From Dendrobates tinctorius (taxonomy: Eukaryota): a DNA stretch of 64,000 nt. Of the stretch, positions 1 to 13,600 are shown piece after piece; positions within the stretch are counted from its first letter, which is position 1; each line of letters starts with the position of its first letter. The stretch is from contig NW_027361737.1 of NCBI RefSeq assembly GCF_039654945.1, positions 13,020,001 through 13,084,000 on the forward strand. The letters run 5' to 3'. The notes beneath the pieces are model-generated. The model had not been told where the DNA came from and searched no databases. It was given only the letters and a program-made list of their open reading frames with translations. Made by a program: the position numbers and the translations under genes.

Positions 1-224
1 CGCTTGTTGCACATGTAACGCTTACACTCGATTCAGGACCTGCAGGACCTAGATGACGTGTTCTATCACGTGACTCTTTGAAAATCAGATGATGCGCATA
101 TCTCAATGATAGGTGATTAGGACCATTTCCGGCGTGTTTTGGAAAATACCGCTTTCCTTCCTCAGGGATGGCCCTAGTCTCCTGGAGTTGCGTTTATATA
201 GTGCTGTAATTTATTCAAATGCAA

Positions 225-640
225 AAAGTTCAATTTCGTTATTTAATCCTTTTGGTTTTAATGCATCCAATTCAAAGATCCACTGGCTCTCTGCTTTTGA
301 CATTTTTTTTGATAAAATCCCCTTTGCGCCAGTTCTGTTTAACCACTTGAATCCCGGTTATGTCCATACCGTTTGTGAGACCACCATGTATACTGGCAAA
401 ATGTTTTGAGAGAAGGGTGGTCATCATATTTTTTTAGTATATTGCACAGATGTTCATTGATTCTCACATATAGGGGTCTCTTCGTTCGCCCTACATAAGT
501 TTATTGCAAGGACATTTTATGCAGTATATAACCCCTTTTGTTGTGCACGTGATAAAATCTTTTATTTGATGGCTCTTGTCTCCCTGTATAATTTCGTTTC
601 TTTTCTTTAAGCTAGTTTGCAGAATGTAAACTTTGTATAG
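225..640 (-). mobile_element. Penelope-like element fragment, GIY-YIG endonuclease region (frameshifted)
   Basis: Manual minus-strand translation gives IKDFITCTTKGVIYCIKCPCNKL / YVGRTKRPLYVRINEH ... KAESQWIFELDALKPKGLN, matching the VIY..C.C..YVG.T.R...R..EH and E..WI..L....P.GLN motifs of PLE endonucleases. Boundaries approximate. Confidence 0.8.
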
Positions 641-683
641 GATCAAACTATACTTGGTTAATTTGCAGTATATGGATATAGTA

Positions 684-1490
684 TCATAGAATGTTAGTGT
701 TGGAAGGGGGACCTCCCAGAGTTATCACGTCCAACCCCCTGCCCAATTCAGGATTCACTAAACCATTCCAAACAGATATCTGTCCAGTCTCTGTTTGAAG
801 ACTTCGATTGAAGGAGAACTCACCACCTCGTTTCAGCCTGTTTCACTCACTTATCACCCTCACTGTCAAAAAGTGTTTGCTAATGTCTAATCTGTATCAT
901 CTCTCTTTCTGTTTTTGTTCCATTGCTTCTTGTTTCCATGTGTAAATTAGAATAAGGATGATCCCTTTACACTGTGACATCCCTTCAGATATTTGGAGAC
1001 CGCTAATAAGTTTCCTCTTGGCCTTCTTTTTTGCAAGCAAAATGTTCCCAGATCCTTAACCATTCCTCGTAGGACATACTTTGAAGTTTGCTCACCATCC
1101 TGGTAGTTCTTCTCTGAACTTTCAATATCATTTTTAAAATGTGGTGCCCAGAACTGAACACAGTATTCCAAATGAGGCCTGACCGAGTAGTAGAGGGAGA
1201 TAATTTCACGTGATCTAGATTCTTTGCTTCTCTTAATGCATCGTAAAATTGCATTTGCCTTTTTTTTTTTTTTTTGCTGCTGCATCACATTGTTGACTCA
1301 TGTGCAGTCTTTGATCTATTGGTATACCCAAGTCTTTTTCACACGTATTGTTGCTTGATCCTATTTCTCCCATTCTGTAGATGCAATTTTCGTTTTTCTT
1401 GCGCAGATGTAGAATCTTGCATTTATCCCTGTTAAATACTATTCTATTAGTCACTGTCCATTGTTCGAACATACCTAGATCTTTCTGAAT
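684..1490 (-). mobile_element. CR1 LINE, 5'-truncated 3' end
   Basis: ORF fragments FNRDKCKILHL..EKDLGI and VRPHLEYCVQFWAPHFK are CR1 ORF2 C-terminal motifs. A CR1-type 3' UTR ends in ATTCTATGAT (reverse complement at about 684-693). Confidence 0.9.
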
Positions 1491-1527
1491 TTTGAATATA
1501 TATTGGGGATCCATGTTTCTCATTAAT

Positions 1528-1967
1528 GGCTCACTCATGTTACTGTATATCTCGGACGAGTGCTGTCCGATGTTTTATCAGATGGCACTCCGACCAATGT
1601 TATTTTATTGGTTCCGTGCAGATCTGATTTTTTTTTTTTCCTACAGACTGCATCGGCATAACAAAGAATTAGCTCCACAAATCTGATCACACGCACCCAT
1701 TCAAGTTTATGGGTGCATGCAAAACATCGAACTGCACTCTGTCATCTGAGTGCAGTCTGATTTCTGCGGACACACAGTGGAGAAGATGAAGGAATTAATT
1801 TCTTTGTTTTCTCTGAACCAGAGATGCAATTCTCTTATCTGAAAGAATCTGATCATGGTAAAATGACACTCTGCTAAAGCTCTGATCAGAGTTTGAGCCG
1901 AGGGTCATTGCCATAATCGAGCCAGTTTTATCTCTGAACAGAGAATCATTGCTGGTGTGACTGAGCC
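1528..1967. mobile_element. Harbinger-type MITE (degenerate)
   Basis: Imperfect terminal inverted repeats ggctcactca...tgactgagcc with internal tccga/tcgga-like motifs. Confidence 0.45.
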
Positions 1968-3976
1968 CTAAGAACTGTTTTATACGTCTTGATATTTCCG
2001 GTACCGGAGATATCCATGTGTGATACTTGTGGCATGCGTGCGGCAACTGTGTGACCGATCAGTACCACACGCACTGATGCTAGGGAAGCAGCATGCAGTT
2101 AGCGCTGTTCCCCGGCACTGGGTGCTGAAAACAGCTCTCCTCATTCTCCCCTGCCCTGCCAGCCAGCCATCAGCACAAGGAACGGAGAATGATGAACGTT
2201 ATATTCAAGTGATAACTGTGAGAGCAGGCGGTGGCTGATGGGAGTATATAGTAGCTGCTGACTGTGCTATAAATTAAATAATTAAGACTGTGCAATCCTC
2301 CCCACTTTTGACAACCAGCATTGCTAAAGCAGACAGCTGGGGGCTGGTATACTCAGGCTGGTAAGAGGCCATGGGTATTGCACCCCCCAGCCTAAAAAAT
2401 AGCCTGTAGCTGCCCAGAAAAAGCTTCTCTACTATTAGATGCGTCAATTCTGGTGCTTTGCCCGGATCTTGCCACTTGCCCTGTAGCGGTGACAAGTAGG
2501 ATAATATTTGTGGGGTTGATATCACCTTTTGTATTGTCTGGTGACATCAAGCCCATGGGTTGGTAATGGAGAAATGTCTAAATGACATCTATCATTACTA
2601 ATCCTATAGTTGTACTGTAAATAAAGACATCGCCAGAATAAAGTCTTTTATTTGCAATGAAACAAAATACACTTATCCATTATTATTTAAAAATAAGTTA
2701 TACTCCCAAATGCTCATTCCATCGAACTGCGGTGATCTCCACACCGTGGCAAAAAGTCATGAGTTCACTACAGTTCAGCCTCGGTGACCGGCGGTAACCT
2801 CGATGAGGGTTTCTATTTTTTTTCTTTTTTTTTGCTACTGCTTCTCTTGCATTCAAAAAAATTAAAACTCTACGGGTCTTGGATAATCTCAACATAAGTG
2901 GTTTATTTATTCTTTTTCTTCACCAGTTAAATAAAAAAAAGAACTTGCACATGTTTGAATCATATCGCGAGGTCAGTTTTACCATACAGTGAACATGGTA
3001 AATAAACCCAAAAAACAATCGTGGAATTGTAATTTTTTTTTTTCTAATTTCATTGCACTTCGAATTTTCTCTTTCCCCCATGACGGCACCACGGAGAGAG
3101 TGATCCGCCCTCAGGGACAGGAAACCTACAGATGAGAGGCGGTACCTCTCTCCCACATCAGTTGGTTTCCTGTCCCTGACGGGGAACCTACAGCACGTAC
3201 CTGCAGTCGACGCGGGATGCCGGGGACCGAACCAGTCCGGTAATAGGCAGCGGGGCTCCCTGACTCGGCTGGGTCGAGGCCTTGCGCAGGCTTCCCCGTA
3301 GCACCACCTCCGGGGTCGGCGGGCCTTGAGGGTGAGTGGGGAGAGGCAGTGAAGATCCGAGGACGAAGCCTGCCGATCCCAAGAAAGAAGAGGAAAAAAA
3401 AAGGGGTTTGCGGCCTCCTTTAAGTGAGTGGCGGCGGTCACTCAGGGAGAGCCCCCCCGCTGAGCCCCAGACCCAGAGCGTGCGGAGGATGGCGGCGGCC
3501 ACCGGGACGGCAAAAGGTACAGGGGTCAGGGCGACTGCCACCGGGAGCCGCGAGGTATAAGCCCGTAGGGCTTGCAGCAATGGGGGTGGCGGCGGTCACC
3601 GGGGGCTGCTGGAGAGAACGGAGGGCGCAGGACGCCAGTACTGGGAGGACGCGCACAGCAGCTTCCTTTAAAAAAAGGAGGCGCAATGCACTGCTGGGAA
3701 ATCTCGCAGTGCGCATGCGCCGGCGGTCACTTCCAGCAGGGCCTTGGACAGTGGGGAGGAGGTGCCAAATTCAAATTAAAAAAAAATAAAATAAAAAAAA
3801 AAAAAATTTAATTTAAAGCCCCACTAAAATAGGAAGAAGGCGATCACTATGAGAGGAAATCCTCAGAAAGAGAAGGAGACGCGGCAGGGGTCCTCGAAGC
3901 AGGGGCGGCGGCAGTCACAAAAACAGCGCCAGCGTGACTCCTCCCAGCAGCGCGGCAGCAGTGGTCATACAGGATC

Positions 3977-5371
3977 ATGGCACAGCTAAAGCTCCACCAT
4001 GGCGGCACAGCCAGAAGTGGATTCAGTGGTGGAAATAATCCCTACGCCCGAGACGGTATCTCTCGTTCCACATGGGGGGTGAGTGATCTCCGTGAGCTCC
4101 CGCTCGCTAATATGCGATTATTAACTTTTTCTTTTCAGGGGCGCAAGTGCACAGCAAAATCCAAGCACATGGTATGTGCTATATGCACGGAGGAGCTGCC
4201 CCCCTACATGGCAGAAAAAGCTCTGTGCGGCGTGCATAGAGCAGACGATACGGGAGGAATCCCCGAGGTTTGCTTCAGACCTCCAAACACTGATAAGGAC
4301 CCAGGTAGAGGACGCCCTCAAGGGCGTTAGAACCACTAAGAAAAAACATAGATCCAGGCATAGATCTCCAGAGTCCAGTATTAGTGAGTCAGGGAGTGAA
4401 TCATCTAACTCGAGTTATTCATCATCCTCCCAGTCATCATCATCATCCTCAGAAGGGGGACGCAGCTGCTTCCCTATTGAGGAGGCGGATGCACTGGTAA
4501 AAGCCGTGAGGACAACTATGGGGCTGGTAGATGAACGCCCTAAAAAAACGGCGGAAGAGTTAATGTTCAGTGGACTGGAACAAAAAAAAGGAGAGTTTTC
4601 CCAGTGAATGAGAAAATCCACTCTCTAATCAAACGAGAATGGAAAAAGCCAGACAAAGCCCTCCTAACACCCAAGAGGAAATACCCTTTTGATGATCCGG
4701 CCTGCTCCCTATGGAGTAAAGCACCTAAACTGGATGTGGCGGTTGCAAAGGCTTCTAAAAAATTTGCCCTGCCCTTCAAAGATATGGGTACCCTGAAGGA
4801 CCCAATGGATAAACAGGCAGAAAACTTTTTGAAAAACGCTTGGGAAGCGGCAGGAGGGGGACTAAAGCCAGCCATAGCAGCCACATGCACGGCACGTGCC
4901 TTAATGATTTGGTTAGACCACTTAGATTCCCAAATAAAAGAAAAAGTCCCAAGGGAAACAATACAAAGGTCAGTTTCTGTAATGAAGGGAGTAGCAGCCT
5001 TCCTGGCGGATGCGTCAGTAGACTCAACTAGGTTGGCGGCCAGAGCAGCCTCCTTCTCAAATGCCGCGAGACGCGCCTTATGGCTAAAATGCTGGCCAGG
5101 GGATCTGCAGACTAAAACCAAATTGTGCGCAATCCCATGTGAGGGAGAGTTCTTATTTGGCCCAACGTTAGACGACATCTTGGAGAAGGCGGGGGACAAG
5201 AAAAAAATCCTTTCCCAGTTTCCCTAATCAGGCATACACACGGCCTTTTCAGAACAGAAGATTTATGCGGCGAAGACCCCCAAAAGGGAACAGAGAAGGT
5301 TGGGAGGATAAAAGAAATAAGAACAAAGGCTTTCAGTTCAACAAGCCCACCGATAACAAAAAGCCACAATG
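3977..5371 (+). pseudogene. DIRS ORF1 (gag-like; Cys-rich N-terminus, Ser-rich linker), frameshifted
   Basis: ORF pieces 3977-4330 (CAIC), 4176-4607 (LCAAC, Ser-rich) and 4604-5227 (PKLDVAV..LKDPMDK..ARRALWLKCW..GEFLFG) lie upstream of RT, as in vertebrate DIRS ORF1. Confidence 0.75.
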
Positions 5372-5397
5372 AAGGTGCTCCCCGGGTCGGGGGAAGA

Positions 5398-7250
5398 TTG
5401 TCCTACTTCTTCCAGGCCTGGGAAAAAATATCCGCGAGCCCGTGGATTCTGAACATAATAAAAGAAGGACTGAGACTAAAATTCAATACCCTCCCCAACC
5501 ATTTTTTTGTGATAATGCCCCAAAGGACATCACACGAGCAGCTGGCTCTGCAACAAGAGGTCGCGAACCTAAGGGAAAAGGGGTACTACAAGAAGTCCCC
5601 TACCAGGACAGAGGCAAAGGCTTCTACTCCCCTCTCTTTCTCCGCAGAAAGCCAGACAGAACATACAGGGCCATAATAAATCTAAAGAGACTGAACAAGT
5701 TCCTGGAAATTCAGCGTTTCAAGATGGAAATAATAAAATCTTGTGTAAAATTGCTTCCCCCATCATGCTTCATGGCTGTATTAGACCTGAGAGATGCATA
5801 CTACCATGTACCTATTCACAGAGACCACAGGAAATACCTCAGGGTGGCGGTGACAATCCAGGGGGAGATAAAACATTATCAGTTCAAAGCTCTCCCCTTC
5901 GGGCTAGCTATTGCCCCAAGAGTATTTACAAAGATAATGTCGGAAGTAATGGCCCACATAAGAGAGCAAAACATCCTGATAGTCCCATACCTGGACGATC
6001 TCTTGGTAGTAGGCGTCACCTTTCACCACTGTGAAACAGTTGGACATGGTCATGGGATCTCTAGTGAATCTAGGATGGATGCTGAATTTGCCCAAATCCA
6101 GACTCGTACCAAGTCAGGTACAGGAATACTTGGGAATAATACTGGGCTCAACCGAACAAAAATGTTATCTTCCACAGGCGAAGATTCAAAAGATGACACA
6201 GATGGTGTCACAAATGATAGCTTCCCCAGTAACTACCCTGAGAAAGGCAATGTCTCTATTGGGGTCAATGACAGCCTGCATGCCTGCAGTACAGTGGGCA
6301 CAAAGCCACACGCGAGTCTTACAGTGGGAAATATTAGACGCAGACGTTTCCCTTAATGGGAATTTAGACAGGTGGTTAAACATCACACCAAACACAATAC
6401 ACTCCTTAGCATGGTGGACAGACCCAGCCAATCTAACCAAAGGGGTCCCTTGGGCGTTACCAACAACAAAAATCTTAACCACAGATGCAAGCCCCTGGGG
6501 GTGGGGTGCACATCTAGACAGCCAGGTAGCTCAAGGGCCCTGGGCTCAAAAAAGAGTCAGTTTCCTCAAACATGAAGGAGCTGCTGGCAGTGAAACTAGC
6601 TCTCGTTCATTTTCTAGACTCGCTTCGCTCCCAACACACAAGGGTCTTCTCAGACAACCGGGTAGTGGTAGCATATCTACACCACCAGGGGGCACCAGGT
6701 CTCGAGCACTGATGGAAGTAACAAAATCCATCTTTCACCTAGCGGAGCACAATCTGGAATCCCTGACAGCCCTCCACATAAAAGGGTCGGAAAACCGAAC
6801 AGCAGACTTCTTGAGCAGAACACGCCTAAAGCAGGCGGAGTGGGAACTAAGCCAGTCAGTCTTCAACCAGATTGTGAACCTCTGGGGCCGGCCAGAAATA
6901 GACTTATTTGCAAACAGTCAGAACCGGAAATTGGAAACCTTCTGCTCAATAGATCCCCGGGGGGTCCCAGTAGCTCTAGATGCCTTCACGGTTCCCTGGG
7001 ATTATCATCTGGCTTACGCTTTTCCTCCAATATCGCTCATCCCCTTAGTACTGAGGAAAATACGGGGGGGACAAAGCGACGGTAGTAGTAATAGCGCCCT
7101 TCTGGCCCTGGAGAATATGGTTCCCCTGGCTGAGAAAAATGTCTGTCACAGACCCTTGGGTTCTACCAGAAACCCCGGACCTTCTATCCCAGGGACCAGT
7201 GTATCACCCCCATATAAAAAACCTACACATGACAGCTTGGCTTTTGAGAG
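5398..7250 (+). pseudogene. DIRS reverse transcriptase / RNase H / dam-like methyltransferase, frameshifted
   Basis: LDLRDAYYHVPI, LPFGLAIAPRVF and PYLDDLL (RT); TTDASPWGWG and HIKGSENRTADFLS (RNase H); IDLFAN and YAFPP (MT-like). Confidence 0.9.
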
Positions 7251-8265
7251 GGAACTCCTAAGCAATAGGGGCTTCTCGTCAAACTTGATAACCACGTTAC
7301 TACAAAGTAGAAAGCCAGTAACCACTATGGCATATGGGAAGGTGTGGAAAAAATTCCTATCAATTTCAGATTCTGACCCAACGGGAGAGATCCCAATAGG
7401 GGAAATTCTGGAATTCCTACAGAAAGGGTTGGAAAAGGGACTAGCTACAAGCACCCTGAAAGTACAGGTGGCGGCCTTAGGGGCTTTGTATAATCATGAC
7501 TTAGCTGGAAATCGGTGGGTTAGGAGATTCATGAGGGCCGCAAGTAGATCTAGGCCGATCCCCCTACGTACCACCCCCCTTTGGGCTCTAAACCTGGTAT
7601 TGAACGCACTAACCAAATCTCCCTTCGAACCCTTGGCGGAGGCTCCCTTAAAAATATTGTCCCTTAAGACCTGCCTCCTCATAACCTTAACTTCTGCCCG
7701 CCGCATTAGTGATATACAAGCCTTGTCTGCCCACTCACCCTTCACGCAAGTTCTGGATGATAGGGTAATTCTTAGAACTGACCCAGCATATCTCCCCAAG
7801 GTGTCTTCACAGTTTCATAGGACCCTAGAAATCTCCCTACCCTCCTTCTGTCCTAATCCCAAAAACAAAACAGAAGAGGTATGGCACACTTTAGATGTAA
7901 AAAGATGCCTGGTCCAGTATATAACAACCACAAGGGAGTTTAGGAAGGATAGGGCTCTGTTTGTCTGTTTTCAGGGTCCTCGGAAGGGTCAAAAAGCATC
8001 GAAGGCCACGCTGGCGAGGTGGATAAGAGAAGCCATCACCCTATCCTACTCCTCCTGCGGGGCAGCCATCCCAGAGGACATAAGGACCCATTCAACCAGG
8101 GCAGCATCCTGGGGGGAGAAAGCCGGCGCTTCAATAGACCAGATATGTAAAGCCGCCACTTAGTCTTCCCCCTCTACATTTTTCAAACATTACCATCTAG
8201 ACTTGACCTCCTCTTCAGATCTCACCTTTGGGAAAAGGGTTCTGGAGGCGGTGGTCCCTCCCTAG
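7250..8265 (+). pseudogene. DIRS tyrosine recombinase, premature stop at 8161
   Basis: SARRISDIQAL, HTLDVKR, HSTRAASW and, after the in-frame TAG, TFFKHYHLD (catalytic Tyr region). Confidence 0.88.
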
Positions 8266-9219
8266 ATGTACAATCTTTGTAATTCTCTCCGTGGTGCCGT
8301 CATGGGGGGAAAGAGAAAATCGTAGTTACTTACCGATAACGGTATTTCTCTGATCCCATGATGGCACCCGTACATCCCCTCCCTTTCACACACACAGGTG
8401 TGCACATTAGAGTGAGTTAGTTAGCTTTGATACTTAGCCACACGGTGCCTCTATTAAGCTTAACTTGAGTAATTTGATTAATTGTGGATTTTTTTTATAA
8501 CCATTTGAGTTTCAGCTGAAAGTTCTGTGTAATGCTCTGTAAACCAACTGATGTGGGAGAGAGGTACCGCCTTTTTCATCTGTAGGTTTCCTGTCCCTGA
8601 GGGCGGATCCCTCTCTCCGTGGTGCCGTCATGGGATCAGAGAAATACCGTTATCGGTAAGTAACTACGATTTTTTTTTTTCCCCTCATTTTCCAGTACTC
8701 TATATGGTAAAATCAATGATGACATTCAAAAGTACAACTCGTCCTGCAGAAAATAAGCCATCATATGGCTACATTGACGGAAAAATACAAAAGTTAGGGC
8801 TCTTGGAAGAAGGGGGATGAAAAACAAGAACACAAAAATCAAAATTTTTTTTTTTTTTTTTTTTTTTTTGCTGAAACGTCGCAGTGTTTGAATCAAACCT
8901 TCATGGCTGAAATCAAGCGGAGTGCCTGATACATGCCAGCTGATGGGGCAGCATGTATCAGCTGTCAGGTTCACTTTAAAACTAAATGTGGTGACAGAAT
9001 TACTGACATTTATAGTGCAGTGAAGACTTTTTTTCTTACTCTTCAGCTTTTTTGTAACGGGAAGCAGTCACCATGAAAATGCAGATCAATCTGCAGGCAC
9101 CATATTATATAGTAGGAGGAGCTGAGCAAATTAATAAATAGATTGTGTAAAGACTCGGTTTAACCTGTCTTTTAACCATTTGAAACTTTCTAGGGTTTTT
9201 TTTTTTTTTTTTTTTTTTT

Positions 9220-9965
9220 TAACAGTTTGTACTTGCTGATTCCAGGTCTTTCTGTCAAATAAACTGGGAAGAAATAAAGCCCAATAAATGAATTGATTTA
9301 AGAAGTTTTCATCTCAGCAGCACATAAGTGATATCTCCCTTCGTTTTTTTCTTTTTACCAGGTCTTTCTGTAGCTCTCTACAGGTGGTCCTTGGTTCTTG
9401 GACAACTTTTATGATTCTTTTCACTCTTCTGTTTAAAATCTTACGGTAAGCACCTGATTATGGATGGTTTATGGTGAAATGATCTTTCCACTTCTGGCTT
9501 ATGACCCAAACAGTGCTCACTGGCACCTTCAATAGTTTCAAAATTCTTCTGTAGCCGATGCAATCAGTATGTTTTGCAACAATAAGATTGTGAAGGTCTT
9601 CAGATGGTTCACTGGTTTTACCCATCATGAAATGTTTCTTTGTGTGGCACCTTGGTAATGAGACACCTTTTTATAGGCATCAGTTAAACGAGCTGAAAGT
9701 AATCCTGCCACTTACGGAAAAATAATGATTTCAGCTGGTGTCATTACTTTCTGTGGCTTTTTGCACTACCAAGTATTCAATACTTTATTTCCCCTGTGTC
9801 CCATCTCATTATTACACACAACTTTATTTATGAACATAACATCTATGGTTTGATTTCTTTGCCTATGTAGATTGGATTGGTTGTTGTTACTGACATCTGA
9901 TTTAATGTCAATAGCACCTTTAGAAATATATTTATCTAGAAAATTGACGTGTTCAATACTTGTAC
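9220..9965 (-). mobile_element. Tc1-like DNA transposon 5' fragment (degenerate)
   Basis: Resembles the Tc1 N-terminal and subterminal region, with repeated ttcaatact(t) subterminal motifs at about 9776 and 9952. Confidence 0.5.
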
Positions 9966-10544
9966 ACACACATAGCTTTGTCATGATTTATAACATTCAG
10001 CAATATTTTTTTTCCATCCCCAGTTTCAATATGTGGAACTGGATTTCACAATATTTCGAGACAAGTCTAAACAGTCATGAAGAAATTATTGGGTGGGTTG
10101 TGAGGTCGGAGATTCCATATTAAGTCTGTTACTTATGCCCAGTAAGAGTTTCATAACATATGATGAAATGGGTTTTCTCACTCTTTTTTGAGGTTTCAGG
10201 TGCTGGGAATTTGGTGTGGAAATTTACTTCCATTTATAACTTTTATTAGTGCAATTTCCAGTGGGGAGACAAAACTTTTGTTGTTTTATATGGCCCTTTT
10301 TACTTCTCTAATTATTGTACTTTGTGAATGTTCTGCAAAGAAAAGTAATTTCTGTAACATAGATGATGAAATTTGGCATTTATGGACATGACTGTAATCT
10401 TGCATATATGGATAACCCATCTACTCCAATGAATTGCTTTACAAAATATCAAGATATTTTTGAGTAATAGAGCCATTAAGATTTACTATACTTCTTGCCT
10501 TGTACAAACTTCTCCATATAAACCCAAGTCCTTTTTTTAACTCC

Positions 10545-10684
10545 NNNNNNNNNNNNNNNNNNNNNNNNNNNNNNNNNNNNNNNNNNNNNNNNNNNNNNNN
10601 NNNNNNNNNNNNNNNNNNNNNNNNNNNNNNNNNNNNNNNNNNNNNNNNNNNNNNNNNNNNNNNNNNNNNNNNNNNNNNNNNNNN
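10545..10684. other. Assembly gap (140 N)
   Basis: Run of n characters. Confidence 1.
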
Positions 10685-13600
10685 CCCTACTTCAATCCAG
10701 ACTGCTTCGGGATCTTACAAAGAGAAGCCGCCCACTATCAGGGCCTGGGCAAAGTTCTCATCTTTGGAGTCCTCAATGCAAGAACAGGGAGAGAAAATGA
10801 CTTCCTGACCACGGATGGCAACATCTACATATTTGGAGCAGAGAATGACGGCCAAGACTCGGTAGTCACAGAGAGAAACAGCTATGACAGTACAGTCAAC
10901 AAAAGTGGTAAAAAGCTCCTGAACGTATGCAGAAGTTTAGGACTTCATATTCTTGATGGACGAACCAAAGGAGACTTCTTTAGGGAGGTGTAAACTAAAC
11001 TCCCATGTAGGGAGAAGTGTAGTAGATTATGCCATTACAGATATGAACCTGGCAAATATCAGCGCCTTCATAGTCTCCCCACAAACGCACCTGTCAGACC
11101 ACAGCCAACTTCTTCTGTACCTGAAATCTACAGAGAAACCATCGACTCAAAAGCCTCAGCAGAGCGGCCTCTTCACCTGGCCTCCATCCTATAAATGGCA
11201 CAAAATGTCGGCATTAAAGTATAAAGAGGCTCCCAGCAGACCTGAAATACAGCGGATGCTCCACCACTTCTTCAACTACGAGTACCAGCCTAACCCAAAG
11301 GGAGTGAGTCAATCTGCAAAAGACCTCAACAATATATTCTATGCAATGGCCAGACTGTCTAACCTTAAAGTGAACTACAAGAGACCAAAAGAAAAACAGA
11401 TCAACGGATGGTTTGACAGAGAATGTAAAGCCGTATGGAAGACCCTGAGAACAGCCTCAAACAAGAAACACAAAGACCCCAACCACCTGGGTCTGAGGGA
11501 AGCCTATGAAACCATACAAAGGCAGTACAAAACCATCCTCAGGAGGAAGAAGCAGAGTTACATCTCTACCAAGCTTAACCAACTCCAAGATGCCCTCCAA
11601 GACAACCCCTTCTGGGAACTATGGAACCACGTGGGCACAAAAGACAAGAAAAACAACATCCAAATCCATAATGGCAACATCTGGCTCCAGTACTATAAAG
11701 ACATTCCAAAGGAAAAACTAAGCCAAGAACAGGAAAGCATAAAGGCAAAACTAAAAGCAATGGAGGAAAAAGTAAAAAATTTCCAAAACCCCCATGGATG
11801 CACCTATTACATTACAGGAAGTAGCAGAGAGAATGTCTTCCATAAGATGTAGAAATGCCGGTGGCCGGGATGGAATCCTACCAGAAATGCTGAAGTACAG
11901 CCCACCAGAAATACAGGCTGCAATAGTTAAACTCTTCAATATTGTGCTAAGTGCCGGCTACTTCCCTCGTACCTAGAATCAAGGCCCCATGACACCCATC
12001 CACAAGAATGGGGACAGGTATGACACAGCCAACTACAGAGGCATATGTCACAGCAGCAACCTGGGAAAACTGTTCAACAGCATCCTGAACAAGAGGATCC
12101 TCAGTTTCCTAACTGAGCACAACGTCCTCAGCAAGAGCCAAGCAGGGTTCATGCCAAACCACCGCACTACTGACCACATCTACCCCTGCACAGCCTCATT
12201 CAGAGCCACGTCCACAATACAAAGAACGGGAAGATATACGCCTGTTTCGTGGACTTTAAAAAGGCCTTTGATTCGGTGTGGCACCCAGGCTTAGTCCTGA
12301 AACTGCTGGAGAGCGGAATAGGAGGAAAGACCTACGATGTTATCAAAAGCTCCTACATCGAGAACTTCTGCAGTGTGAGTGTGAACGGCAGAAGTACGGC
12401 CTATTTCCAGCAGAGCCGGGGAGTCAGACAAGGCTGCAGCCTAAGCCCAATGCTCTTCAACTTTTACATCAATGGGCTAGCTACCGCTCTGGAATCTTCC
12501 ACAGCACCATGTCTCGCCCTCCACGAAACGCAGGTGACCCGCTGCTTCTGTCACCAACCGAGAAAGGCCTCCAAGACAACCTGAAAATCTTAGTGAAATT
12601 CAGCTCCACCTGGGCACTACTGGTCAACCTAAAGAAAACCAACATCATGGTGTTCCGAAAGAGAGAGAGAAAATCAGACCAGCACCCTTCATTTGTCCTC
12701 AACAACTGCGCCCTGACAGGAACGGACAAATACCTACCTGAGCCTAGAGATTCACCAGTCAGGGAGCTTCAAACAAGCCATAGGGACCCTGAAAGACAAG
12801 GCATGCAAAACCTTCTATGCCATCCGAAGGAAACTCTTACCATCTAAAGCCACCAGTGAGGGTCTGGTTAAAAGTCTTCAACTCTATCATCGCCCCAGTC
12901 CTCCTGCATGGCAGCGAAGTCTGGGGTCCTCACACCTACCCAGACTGGTCAAGGTGGGATTCAAGCCCAACAGAAATATTCCACCTGGAATTCTGCAAGC
13001 ACCTTCTCCAAGTCCATCGGAGCACCTCCAACAGTGCCTGCCTGGCTAAGCTGGGCAGATCCCCTCTACACCTAACGGTTCTAAAGAGGGCACTGTCATT
13101 CTGGGCTCTCCTACGTAGGAGCAATCCAAGCTCCCATCACCATAAAGTCCTGACACATGTAGGTGAAACAGGAAAAACCAGGACCCTTGGAACAGCTCGC
13201 CCAAACCCAACCTGACCAGAACACCAATCACAGCAACCTGACAAAAGCCGGAATCAGGAAGATGGTAGACGAAGGCCAGGAGAGGTACGTGACTGGAAGA
13301 GCGACATCATCCGCTCACAGAAACTGACCATGTACCGGAGTCTACAGAGAGACTACAGACTGGCCCCATATCTGGAGAAACTCCCGGACCCCAGAGACCG
13401 CAAGATCCTGAGCCGGTATAGACTCAGTGCCCACAGTCTGGCCATCGAATCTGGCCGACACAGGCAGAACTACAAGCCCAGGGAGGAAAGACTGTGCCAA
13501 CACTGTGACCAGGAGGCCCTGGAGGATGAGACCCACTTCCTGCTACACTGCTCCAAATACTCAGCAGTGAGGGACACTCGCTTCAGGAGACTCTCACATC

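Larger units (their letters stand above)
3065..8673 (+). mobile_element. DIRS1-type tyrosine-recombinase retrotransposon, full length, ORFs frameshifted
   Basis: Left ITR 3065-3168 is inverted to the right ITR starting at 8541, which has an extension to 8673. The internal complementary region (ICR) at 8284-8368 is complementary to both termini. No TSD; both ends sit in T runs. Contains gag-like, RT (YLDD), RNase H, methyltransferase-like and YR motifs. Confidence 0.95.

Noticed and set aside
3180-3760. CpG-island-like GC-rich region as the SERPINE2 promoter or first exon
   Set aside because: It lies inside the DIRS element 5' region between the left ITR and ORF1. There is no evidence that it is the host promoter.
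9970-10544. Possible L1/Tx1 ORF2 remnant on the minus strand
   Set aside because: Too degenerate; no diagnostic motif could be read with confidence.
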